A DNA stretch of 33,089 nucleotides from positions 1 through 33,089 of the forward strand of contig JAKECL010000001.1 of assembly GCA_030460725.1 (NCBI GenBank). The letters are read 5' to 3'. Shown piece after piece: positions 1 through 7,729 of the stretch (position 1 is its first letter; the number at the start of each line of letters is the position of its first letter). The notes beneath the pieces were generated by a model. That model made no database searches and was not told the origin of the DNA. It worked only from the letters and a program-made list of their open reading frames with translations. This stretch comes from Propionibacterium sp. Lineage in GTDB: Bacteria > Actinomycetota > Actinomycetes > Actinomycetales > Actinomycetaceae. The position numbers and the translations under genes were made by a program.

Positions 1-1145
1 TCGCCGCTCTGCGCGGCACTGTCCTGTGCCGGGGGCATGACGGTGCCCTGCCCGCCGTTGCCGTCCGTGTAGACCGTTCCCAGGGGCAGTGTGCCGTCAG
101 CGGCCAGGGCTGCCCAGAGTTCCGTTGCGGCGGGCTCCTGGGCGACCACGCGGTTGTTGTCCCACGGTGCGGATCCCCAGGGCATCGTCACGAAGCGGAT
201 CGCGGACTTGTCGATGCGCGCCAAGGAGACCAGCAGGCCCACGTCGGTGTTGAGGTCCGCGAGCTCAGGGGAGGTCTGGAGTGCGCCGATCGCCTGCTTG
301 ACGAAGGTCACCAGGGCCGGGAGGTCGGAGACCAGGTTCTTCGCCAGAAGCTCGCGCACCATGGCCGCGACCAACTGCTGCTGCCGCCCGATGCGCTCGA
401 TGTCCGAGCCGTCACCCAGGTGCTTGCGTGCCCGGGCATAGGCCAGGGCCTGGGTTCCGTCCAGTCTCTGGCAGCCTGCGGGAAGGTCGAGGTCGGCCTC
501 TGCATCCTGCGCTGGTTCGGCCAGGTCGTACCAGACCCCGCCCAGGGCGTCGATCATGCCCTGGAAGCCCTTGAAGTCCACCACGACGAACCCGTCGATC
601 TGGAGGCCCGTCAGTGCCATGACCGCGGTGCGTGTGCATGCGATCCCGGAGGCAATGTCATCGGTGACGGCCCCGGTGGCGAAGGCTGAGTTGAACTGTC
701 CGGTGTAGGGGTCGGAGACACTTCCGTCGGTGCGCGTGCAGGAGGGGATGTCGGTCACCAGGTCGCGTGGGATGGACACGACGTCCACGTGGGCGCGGTC
801 CGCCGAGATGTGCATGACCATCGTCGTGTCGGACTGGATGGTGGAGAGCTCCTCGGAGTCGCCGTAGGCACTGGCGCCCTGGTTGTAGCGGGAGTCGATC
901 CCGGAGATGAGGATGTTGACGGCCCGGCCGGCGAAGGAGTCAGCCGGGGGGGCCTCCTCCTGGTTGCCGGACTGGGGCTGGAGTGCGGAGATGTCGATGA
1001 CGTTCCCGGCGATGTCGTCGGCGAGGTCGCGGTAGATGAACCATCCCGTCGATCCGACGAAGAGACACAGGGACAGGAGCGCCGCGAGGACGCCGCGCGT
1101 GGCGCCGAAGCGATACGGATTCGTGGCCGCGTGCAGCACGGGCAT
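1..1145 (-). CDS. LCP (LytR-CpsA-Psr) family glycopolymer transferase, truncated at its 3' end by the window edge
   Basis: Manual translation (not in ORF track): MPVLHAATNPYRFGATRGVLAALLSLCLFVGSTGWFIYRDL (one TM), then NILISGIDSR, QSDTTMVMHISADRAHVDVVSIPRD, VVDFKGFQGMIDALGGV and ALAYARARKHLGDGSDIERIGRQQQLV. GAGGGG lies upstream of ATG 1145; alternative in-frame ATG at 1175. Frame is open at position 1. Confidence 0.93.
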   Translation of the reverse strand, partial: MPVLHAATNPYRFGATRGVLAALLSLCLFVGSTGWFIYRDLADDIAGNVIDISALQPQSGNQEEAPPADSFAGRAVNILISGIDSRYNQGASAYGDSEELSTIQSDTTMVMHISADRAHVDVVSIPRDLVTDIPSCTRTDGSVSDPYTGQFNSAFATGAVTDDIASGIACTRTAVMALTGLQIDGFVVVDFKGFQGMIDALGGVWYDLAEPAQDAEADLDLPAGCQRLDGTQALAYARARKHLGDGSDIERIGRQQQLVAAMVRELLAKNLVSDLPALVTFVKQAIGALQTSPELADLNTDVGLLVSLARIDKSAIRFVTMPWGSAPWDNNRVVAQEPAATELWAALAADGTLPLGTVYTDGNGGQGTVMPPAQDSAAQSG

Positions 1146-1246
1146 GAGTGGGCCCCTCGTCGTGTTCTTTCCCATTGACTGCAGATCCTACGTCACCGGC
1201 AGGCAGCGGCCGTGGGGGGCCCGCCACAGGGGTGGTGCGGACGACA

Positions 1247-1693
1247 TCAGGCGCCAGGGCCGTCGGAGGGAGTTCGGTGGATGTCGTCCCCGTCCAAGGG
1301 TGTGTGAGGCGGGTCGGCGTGCCCGGTGTCGGCGCAGGAGGGCGGGACTTCGGCAGGCAGGCGGACGTTCGCCAGGGCGACCGCCCGGGCCAGTCGCGTC
1401 AACCTCTTGTCGATCTCGGAGTCCCTGCGATAGGTCGTGGCAACCTGGACGAAGAAGGCCACGACCAGAACGTAGAGGAGCAGGTTGACCCCGCGCTCAA
1501 TTCCCAGTGCGTGGGCGAGCTCGTTCAGGAGACCCGGGAACAGGACTGCGAAAACCGCGAAGACGACGACCAGGAGCATTCCCAGGCGCCGCACGGCCAG
1601 GTGCTTGGAGGAGCGCACCGGACGCAGCACCAGCCAGGCGATGAGGAGCAGGGCCACCAGCAGGAGGGCCTTGATCAGCCAGTAGTTGGTCAT
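1247..1693 (-). CDS. DUF2304 family small membrane protein (Rv3632/GacJ-like partner of the adjacent GT2)
   Basis: MTNYWLIKALLLVALLLIAWLVLR...LAHALGIERGVNLLLYVLVVAF...LTRLARAVAL; three hydrophobic segments; starts directly after the GT2 stop (alternative GTG at 1699 overlaps that TGA). Confidence 0.85.
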   Translation of the reverse strand: MTNYWLIKALLLVALLLIAWLVLRPVRSSKHLAVRRLGMLLVVVFAVFAVLFPGLLNELAHALGIERGVNLLLYVLVVAFFVQVATTYRRDSEIDKRLTRLARAVALANVRLPAEVPPSCADTGHADPPHTPLDGDDIHRTPSDGPGA

Positions 1694-1695
1694 GG

Positions 1696-2370
1696 TCACC
1701 TCATGATCAGTTCGACGAGGATGTTCACGGAGTTCCACAGGGACTGGCCTTTGGAGCGTGAGTAGTCGGTGTACCTGATGTGGACGGGGATCTCGCGCCA
1801 CGGGAGCCCTGAGCGGGCAAGCTGTTCGATGATCTGGGTCGCATGGGCCATCCGGTTCTGGTCCAGGTGGACCGCCTCGACGGCGTCACGGCGCAGCAGA
1901 CGCAGGCCGTTGTGGGCATCCGTCAACTTCATCCCGGTCTGCATGCGCGTGACCGTGGCGGCTGTCTTGAGAACCAGCTTCTTCAGCCATCCGACCGGCG
2001 AGGGACCTCCGAGGAACCGTGACCCGAGGACCACGGCCAGGCCTTCGTTCTGCGCCACTTCTCGCATGCGCACGGCGTCGGAGATCTGGTGCTGCCCGTC
2101 GGCGTCGAAGGTGATCAGGTAGCGACCGTCGGTGGAGTGCAGGAAGTAGTCGAACCCCGTCTGCAGGGCCGCTCCCTGTCCGAGGTTGATGGGGTGGCTG
2201 ATGACGACGGCTCCGGCCTCGTGGGCCAGTCGGGCGGAGTTGTCGTGAGAGCCGTCATCCACGCAGATGACATGGGGAAAGGTCTGGATGGCCTCGCGGA
2301 TGACACCGCCGATGACAGTCGCCTCGTTGTACAGGGGCACGATCAGCCATGTGTCCGGGAATGGGGTCAT
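1696..2370 (-). CDS. DPM1-like GT2, probable polyprenyl-phosphate N-acetylhexosamine synthase (PpgS/Rv3631, GacI-like)
   Basis: Motifs IVPLYNEA, CVDDGSHD, HPINLGQGAALQTGF, ITFDADGQH, LTDAHNGLR, YTDYSRSKGQS; GGAGGA RBS before ATG 2370; paired with DUF2304. Confidence 0.87.
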   Translation of the reverse strand: MTPFPDTWLIVPLYNEATVIGGVIREAIQTFPHVICVDDGSHDNSARLAHEAGAVVISHPINLGQGAALQTGFDYFLHSTDGRYLITFDADGQHQISDAVRMREVAQNEGLAVVLGSRFLGGPSPVGWLKKLVLKTAATVTRMQTGMKLTDAHNGLRLLRRDAVEAVHLDQNRMAHATQIIEQLARSGLPWREIPVHIRYTDYSRSKGQSLWNSVNILVELIMR

Positions 2371-2424
2371 GCGGGTATCCTCCCACCAGCTCGCTCGCGA
2401 CGCGGGACGGTGGCGCTCCACGCA

Positions 2425-2430
2425 TAGGAT
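2425..2430 (+). promoter_or_regulatory. Putative -10 element (TAGGAT) for wbpD-wbpE-wbpB-GT, in the 88-bp divergent intergenic region
   Basis: Matches the actinobacterial TANNNT consensus; 28 nt upstream of ATG 2459, with a GGAG RBS in between. Confidence 0.45.
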
Positions 2431-2458
2431 TGGAGTCACCCCGCCGATCGGAGTACAC

Positions 2459-3064
2459 ATGCCGCGGATATCTGATTCGGCCGATGTCGCGAACAGTGCG
2501 CACATCGGTCAGGGCTCACAGGTCTGGCACCTGGCACAGGTCCGCGAGGACGCTCACCTGGGGCCCGGGTGTGTCATCGGTCGTGGGGCCTACATCGGCA
2601 CCGGTGTCCGGCTGGGTGCCCATTGCAAGGTGCAGAACTACGCGCTGGTCTACGAGCCCGCGGAGCTGGCCGACGGCGTGTTCATCGGCCCGGCAGTCGT
2701 CCTGACCAATGACCACAACCCCCGAGCCGTCAACCCGGACGGATCCCTGAAGTCCGCGGAGGACTGGGAACCTGTCGGCGTGACGATCGGGCGCGGTGCG
2801 TCGATCGGCGCGCGTGCAGTCTGTGTGGCTCCCGTGTCCATCGGCGAGTGGGCCACCGTCGCCGCAGGCGCGGTCGTCACCCACGACGTGCCTGCGTTCG
2901 CCCTTGTGGCGGGGGTGCCCGCCCGTCGCATCGGGTGGGTGGGGCGCGCCGGTGTCCCACTGGTTCCCGACGAGGGCGACGAGGGGCAGCTGCGCTGTCC
3001 ACGCACGGGCGCCCTCTACCGCCTCACCACACCCGACCAGCTTGAGGAAGTCGATCCCACATGA
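2459..3064 (+). CDS. wbpD: Hexapeptide-repeat N-acetyltransferase (UDP-GlcNAc3NA 3-N-acetyltransferase-like)
   Basis: IGQGSQVWHLAQVRE...CVIGRGAYIG...CKVQNYALVYE...GVFIGPAVVLTND...GASIGARA...ALVAGVPARRIGWV; left-handed beta-helix repeats; adjacent to wbpE/wbpB. Confidence 0.85.
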   Translation: MPRISDSADVANSAHIGQGSQVWHLAQVREDAHLGPGCVIGRGAYIGTGVRLGAHCKVQNYALVYEPAELADGVFIGPAVVLTNDHNPRAVNPDGSLKSAEDWEPVGVTIGRGASIGARAVCVAPVSIGEWATVAAGAVVTHDVPAFALVAGVPARRIGWVGRAGVPLVPDEGDEGQLRCPRTGALYRLTTPDQLEEVDPT

Positions 3065-4164
3065 CCCGAGACCTGATTCCAGCCGCCCATCCGATCATCG
3101 GTGAGGAGGAGGTCGCCGCCGTCTCGGCTGTCCTGCGTTCCGGGATGGTGGCGCAGGGCCCGCAGGTGGCTGCGTTCGAGGAGGAGTTCTCCGAGCACCT
3201 CGTTGACGGGGCCCAGGCGATCGCGGTGAACTCCGGTACCTCCGCCCTGCACCTGGGATTGCTGGCCGCAGGGATCGGGGTGGGCGATGAGGTGATCGTC
3301 CCGTCGTTCACCTTCGCGGCCACTGGCAACTCCGTCGCCATCACGGGTGCCACTCCGGTCTTCGCCGATATTGACGCGCGCACCTTCTGCTTGGACCCCG
3401 ACGCCGTGGAGGCTGCACTGACCCCACGCACCCGTGCCGTCATGCCCGTCCACCTCTACGGTCACCCCGCCGACATGGAGAGCATCTGCCGACTCGCCGA
3501 AAGCCACGGTCTGGCGGTCTTCGAGGACGCCGCCCAGGCCCACGGTGCGTCCCTGCACGGGGTCCGGGTGGGGGCCTTCGGGACCTTCGGAGCCTTCAGC
3601 CTCTATCCCACCAAGAACATGACCGCAGGTGAGGGGGGCATGGTGACCACCCGGGAGCCAGAGATCGCCAGGCGTGTCCGGTTGTTGCGCAACCAGGGGA
3701 TGGAGAAGCGTTACGCGAACGAGTTGGTGGGTCTGAACAATCGCATGACCGACATCCACGCCGCGATCGGTCGTGTCCAGCTGGGCAAGGTCGATGCGTG
3801 GACGAAGCAGCGTCAGGCGAATGCCGCGTTCCTCGACGAGAACCTTGACGGTGTCGTCGTGCCGCCCGTGGCCGAGGGAGCCGTCCACGTGTACCACCAG
3901 TACACGATCCGCGTGCAGGGCACGGACCGTGACCGCTTCCAGCAGGCGCTGCGCGAGGAATGGCAGGTCGGTTCGGGGGTCTACTATCCGATTCCCAACC
4001 ACCGTCTGCCCTCCCTGGAGCACTTCGCCCCCGGCCTGGATCTGCCTGAGACTGAACGGGCCGCCCGCGAGGTCGTCTCGCTGCCGGTGCACCCCTCGCT
4101 CAGTCAGACGGACCTGGAACGCATCGTGGAGGGCGTCAACGCCTGCGCGAAGGCAGGCGCCTGA
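3061..4164 (+). CDS. wbpE: DegT/DnrJ/EryC1/StrS PLP aminotransferase (WbpE/WlbC-like)
   Basis: AVNSGTSALHL, VPSFTFAAT, VHLYGHP, EDAAQAHGA, FSLYPTKNMTAGEGG (PLP lysine), HVYHQYTIR; ATGA overlap with wbpD. Confidence 0.88.
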   Translation: MTRDLIPAAHPIIGEEEVAAVSAVLRSGMVAQGPQVAAFEEEFSEHLVDGAQAIAVNSGTSALHLGLLAAGIGVGDEVIVPSFTFAATGNSVAITGATPVFADIDARTFCLDPDAVEAALTPRTRAVMPVHLYGHPADMESICRLAESHGLAVFEDAAQAHGASLHGVRVGAFGTFGAFSLYPTKNMTAGEGGMVTTREPEIARRVRLLRNQGMEKRYANELVGLNNRMTDIHAAIGRVQLGKVDAWTKQRQANAAFLDENLDGVVVPPVAEGAVHVYHQYTIRVQGTDRDRFQQALREEWQVGSGVYYPIPNHRLPSLEHFAPGLDLPETERAAREVVSLPVHPSLSQTDLERIVEGVNACAKAGA

Positions 4165-4165
4165 G

Positions 4166-5158
4166 ATGGCTGACCTCCGTGTGGGAGTGCTCGGCATCGG
4201 CTCCATGGGGCGCCACCACGTGCGCAATCTCCGGGCCGCGCAGGGTATGGAGCTGGTGGCCGTGGCTGATCCGGGCGGGGACCGCTTCGGCGTCGCGGGT
4301 GACCTGGATGTCCTTCCTGATGTCCAGGCACTGATCAACGCCGGCATCGATGCAGCTGTCGTCGCCGTGCCCACCGTCTTCCACGAGGATGCAGCACTGG
4401 CACTTGCAGACGCCGGGGTGCACACACTGGTGGAGAAGCCCCTGGCACTGGATGTCCGCGCCGCCCAGAGGGTCGCCACCGCCTTCGAGAAGGCCGGTTT
4501 GGTGGGGGCCGTCGGATACGTGGAGCGCTGCAATCCTGCCCTGATGGAGATGCGGAAGAGGATTGCGGAGGGACAGCTGGGGGCGATCCACCAGATCGTC
4601 ACGCGCCGACAGTCGCCGTTCCCCGCCCGCATCTCCGACGTCGGCGTGGTCAAGGACCTGGCCACCCACGACATCGACCTGACGGCGTGGGTGTCGGGGT
4701 CCACCTATGAGTCGGTGTTCGCCCAGACCGCCTACCGGTCGGGCCGGGACCACGAGGACATGTTGGTGGCGTCGGGGCGCCTGGCCAGCGGTGTCCTGGT
4801 CAACCACCTGGTCAACTGGCTCACCCCCTACAAGGACCGAAGGACCATCGTCACAGGCGAGCACGGCGCGCTCGTGGCGGACACCGCGATGGGAGACCTG
4901 ACCTTCTACGAGAACGGGCGCATGCCCGTCCAGTGGGACCAGATCGCGGCCTTCCGGGGAGTCTCGGAGGGGACGATCACCCGCTATGCACTCACGAAGC
5001 GCGAACCGATCGCCGTCGAGCTCGAGCACTTCAGGGACGCGGTCCTGGGCATCGGGTCCGACCACGTCACCATGGAGGAGGGGGTGGCCGCGCTGCGTGT
5101 CGTCGAGGCCGTCCTGGAGTCGGCGGACACCGGGAAGGTCATGCACCCCCATGTCTGA
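4166..5158 (+). CDS. wbpB: Gfo/Idh/MocA oxidoreductase (UDP-GlcNAcA 3-dehydrogenase, WbpB/WlbA-like)
   Basis: VGVLGIGSMGRHH Rossmann motif, LVEKPLA, DVGVVKDLATHDID; true start is ATG 4166, one base after the wbpE stop. Confidence 0.83.
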   Translation: MADLRVGVLGIGSMGRHHVRNLRAAQGMELVAVADPGGDRFGVAGDLDVLPDVQALINAGIDAAVVAVPTVFHEDAALALADAGVHTLVEKPLALDVRAAQRVATAFEKAGLVGAVGYVERCNPALMEMRKRIAEGQLGAIHQIVTRRQSPFPARISDVGVVKDLATHDIDLTAWVSGSTYESVFAQTAYRSGRDHEDMLVASGRLASGVLVNHLVNWLTPYKDRRTIVTGEHGALVADTAMGDLTFYENGRMPVQWDQIAAFRGVSEGTITRYALTKREPIAVELEHFRDAVLGIGSDHVTMEEGVAALRVVEAVLESADTGKVMHPHV

Positions 5159-6485
5159 GCTCGGGCGAGCGTCTGTGGGTCGCGCGCCTTCGGGGAGGCA
5201 ACCGGTCAGACGGCCCCCCCGCGTCGTCCTGGCCTCGCGGATCTACGCCCCGGAGGTCGCGGCCGCAGCCTTCCGGCTCGCGGCTGTTGCACGGTCGTTG
5301 AGCAGGGCAGGTGCCCGTGTCCGCGTGCTCACCTCACGTCCTGCGGACACACCCGCGGTGGAGGGCGACCACCGTCTGCAGGTCCTGCGGGCACGGACCC
5401 TGCGGGGCAGCGACGGCTATCTGCGTGGGTATGCGCAGTACCTGTCCTTCGACCTCCCGCTGGCGTTCAGGCTCCTGACCCTGCGCCCCCGACCCGACGT
5501 CGTCGTGGCGGAGCCACCCCCCACCACGGGTGCCGTGGTGCGCGTCGTCTGTGCCCTCCGGCGCATCCCCTATGTCCACTACGCCGCTGACGTGTGGTCG
5601 GATGCCGCGGCATCCATGGACGTTCCGCGTCCCGTCGTCGCCGGTCTGCGCATGGTCGAACGTTGCGCCCTGCGGGGCGCCTGCCGGGTCATCGCGGTCA
5701 ACGAGGGTGTGGCACGTCGTGTCCGTGAGCTCGGGGCACGCGACGTGCGGGTGGTGCTCAACGGCATCGACACCGATGTCTTCACTCCCGGCGGGCCCAC
5801 CCCTGACACACAGATCCAGGAGGACTCCGGTGTCGGCGCACATGTGCCGGGAGGCGGTCCCCGGGCGCGGACAGCAGGGGCTGATGGTCTCCCCTCGTCC
5901 TCTGACGCCACGGATCCGGGCAGCATTCGGGAGCGGATACCCGAGCACTTCCTCGTCTACGCCGGTACCGCCTCGGAGTGGCAGGGAGCAGGGGTCTTCG
6001 TCGACGCGTTCCGTCACCTCGAAGTCGACCATCCGGACCTGCACCTGGTGTTCATGGGGCAGGGGACCGACCTGCCCTCGATCCGGGAGCATGCCGGTGG
6101 TGATCCCCGGATCCACTTCATCGGCCAGAAGCCCCCCGGTGAGGCCGCGCGGTGGCAGGCGGCCGCCGAGGTCGCCCTCGTGTCCATCGTCCCGGGACGG
6201 GGCTACGACTTCGCCTACCCCACCAAGGTCCTGGCAGCGCTGGCCTGTGGAACGCCGGTGGTGTTCGCTGGCGTCGGCCCGGCCGCACAGGACATCGTCG
6301 GAGCCGATCTGGGTGCGGTGGCCGACCATGAGGCGGGCGCCGTGGCTGAGGCGATCCGCGACGTGTTGGGGCGTCCCAGGGACAGCGGGCACCTGCGTGA
6401 CTGGGTTCTGGCACACCGGTCCCTGGATGCCACCGGGCGTGGGGTGGCCGAGGTCGTGCTCGGTGCCCTCACGGGTCGACACTGA
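5151..6485 (+). CDS. GT4 (GT-B) glycosyltransferase, WbuB-like
   Basis: VVLASRIYAPEVAAAAFRL, PDVVVAEPPPT, VLNGIDTDVF, LVYAGT, AYPTKVLAALACGTPVV; 8-bp overlap with wbpB. Confidence 0.85.
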   Translation: MSELGRASVGRAPSGRQPVRRPPRVVLASRIYAPEVAAAAFRLAAVARSLSRAGARVRVLTSRPADTPAVEGDHRLQVLRARTLRGSDGYLRGYAQYLSFDLPLAFRLLTLRPRPDVVVAEPPPTTGAVVRVVCALRRIPYVHYAADVWSDAAASMDVPRPVVAGLRMVERCALRGACRVIAVNEGVARRVRELGARDVRVVLNGIDTDVFTPGGPTPDTQIQEDSGVGAHVPGGGPRARTAGADGLPSSSDATDPGSIRERIPEHFLVYAGTASEWQGAGVFVDAFRHLEVDHPDLHLVFMGQGTDLPSIREHAGGDPRIHFIGQKPPGEAARWQAAAEVALVSIVPGRGYDFAYPTKVLAALACGTPVVFAGVGPAAQDIVGADLGAVADHEAGAVAEAIRDVLGRPRDSGHLRDWVLAHRSLDATGRGVAEVVLGALTGRH

Positions 6486-6601
6486 CACCTGCACGGTGCG
6501 GCGCGGCCGTGTGTGCATCCGCCGAACGACTGGCGTGCACGCGTCCCCACCGCTGCGGGCACGTCACGGATGACGGCCTCGGACGCCGGTGCGGGGTCCC
6601 C

Positions 6602-7672
6602 TCACAGACCCCGTTGCAGCGCCCGCGCCACGCGGTCGGCGGCGTGTCCGTCACCGTAGGGGGTTGCCTCGGTGTCGGCGGGCCTGGGTCGGGAGGCGGC
6701 GTGGACGAGGGCGGGGCCGGGCTCCGCCAGGACGTTCCATCCCAGCTCCACCGTCTCGACCCACTCGGTGGAGGGACGGACCGTGGTCGTGGGCACCTGC
6801 AAGAGGAAGGCTTCCTTCTGCAGACCACCCGAGTCGGTGATGACACCACGGGAACGCATGACCGAGGCCACGAGCTCCCGGTAGCCCACCGGGGGGTGGG
6901 AGAGGAGCGCTCCTCCTCCCAGCTCGAGGCCGAACTGCGCGCTTCGGGCCACCAGACGTGGATGGGCCAGGACCACGACCGGGTGGTCGACGTTGCGCAG
7001 GGAGTCCAGCACGGCCGCCAGGCGGCGGGGGTCGTCCGTGTTCTCCGCCCGGTGGATGGTGGCAATGGAGTAGGAGCCGTCCTCCAGACCGAGCTCCGTC
7101 GCGATGGGGGAGACCATGTTGCGGTCCAGGACACGGTCGCGCACCGACATGAGCACATCCGTCATGACGTCACCCACCACCACGGTCCTGGTTGCCAAGC
7201 CCTCGTCAGACAGGTGCCCGGCGGCAACGGTCGTCGGCGCCAGCAGGAGGTCCGCGGCGTGGTCCGTGAGGACACGGTTGATCTCCTCGGGCATGCGCCG
7301 GTCGAAGGACCGCAGTCCGGCCTCCAGGTGTGCCAGGGGGAGGTGGGTCTTGGCGGCACACACCGCTGCAGCCAGTGTGGAGTTCGTGTCGCCGTAGACC
7401 AGCACCCAGTCGGGTTCCAGATCTGGTAGGACGTCGTCCAGGGCCGCCATCATCGCACCCGTCTGGTGTCCGTGGGAGCCCGATCCGATGCCCAGGTGGA
7501 TGTCGGGGGCGGGGATGTCGAGCTCCTCGAAGAACACGGCGGAGAGCATGGGGTCGTAGTGCTGTCCGGTGTGGATGATGACGTGGTCCAGGTCGGCCCG
7601 GGCGAACGCGTGGGAGATGGGGGCGAGCTTGACGAACTGGGGGCGGGCGCCCACCACCGAGACGATGCGCAT
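6602..7672 (-). CDS. wbpI: Non-hydrolysing UDP-GlcNAc 2-epimerase family, probably the WbpI-type UDP-GlcNAc3NAcA 2-epimerase
   Basis: VVGARPQFVK, HTGQHYD, LVYGDTNSTLA, HLEAGLRSFDRRMPEEINR, TDSGGLQKEA, TEWVETV. Family is certain; WbpI rather than WecB specificity is inferred from context. Confidence 0.8.
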   Translation of the reverse strand: MRIVSVVGARPQFVKLAPISHAFARADLDHVIIHTGQHYDPMLSAVFFEELDIPAPDIHLGIGSGSHGHQTGAMMAALDDVLPDLEPDWVLVYGDTNSTLAAAVCAAKTHLPLAHLEAGLRSFDRRMPEEINRVLTDHAADLLLAPTTVAAGHLSDEGLATRTVVVGDVMTDVLMSVRDRVLDRNMVSPIATELGLEDGSYSIATIHRAENTDDPRRLAAVLDSLRNVDHPVVVLAHPRLVARSAQFGLELGGGALLSHPPVGYRELVASVMRSRGVITDSGGLQKEAFLLQVPTTTVRPSTEWVETVELGWNVLAEPGPALVHAASRPRPADTEATPYGDGHAADRVARALQRGL

Positions 7673-7678
7673 GACGGT

Positions 7679-7684
7679 AGTCTA
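7679..7684 (-). promoter_or_regulatory. Putative -10 element (TAGACT) giving a leaderless wbpI mRNA
   Basis: Minus strand reads TAGACT-accgtc-ATG (6-nt spacer), with no SD. Confidence 0.6.
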
Positions 7685-7729
7685 CGGACAGGCGGTCCAG
7701 GCCCGGAGCGTGTGTGATGAGGGGGAACG

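Noticed and set aside
3773-4165. Long N-terminal extensions in the ORF track (also starts at 2267, 2505, 4986, 8917, 14774 and 21577)
   Set aside because: They overlap neighbouring genes; downstream starts with an RBS or stop/start coupling fit better.
3016-4704. 562-aa minus-strand ORF
   Set aside because: Antisense shadow of wbpE/wbpB; it has no motifs, and stop-poor opposite frames are expected in high-GC DNA.
6486-6601. Possible terminator or small RNA between convergent genes
   Set aside because: Only weak, imperfect pairing and no recognisable RNA motif.
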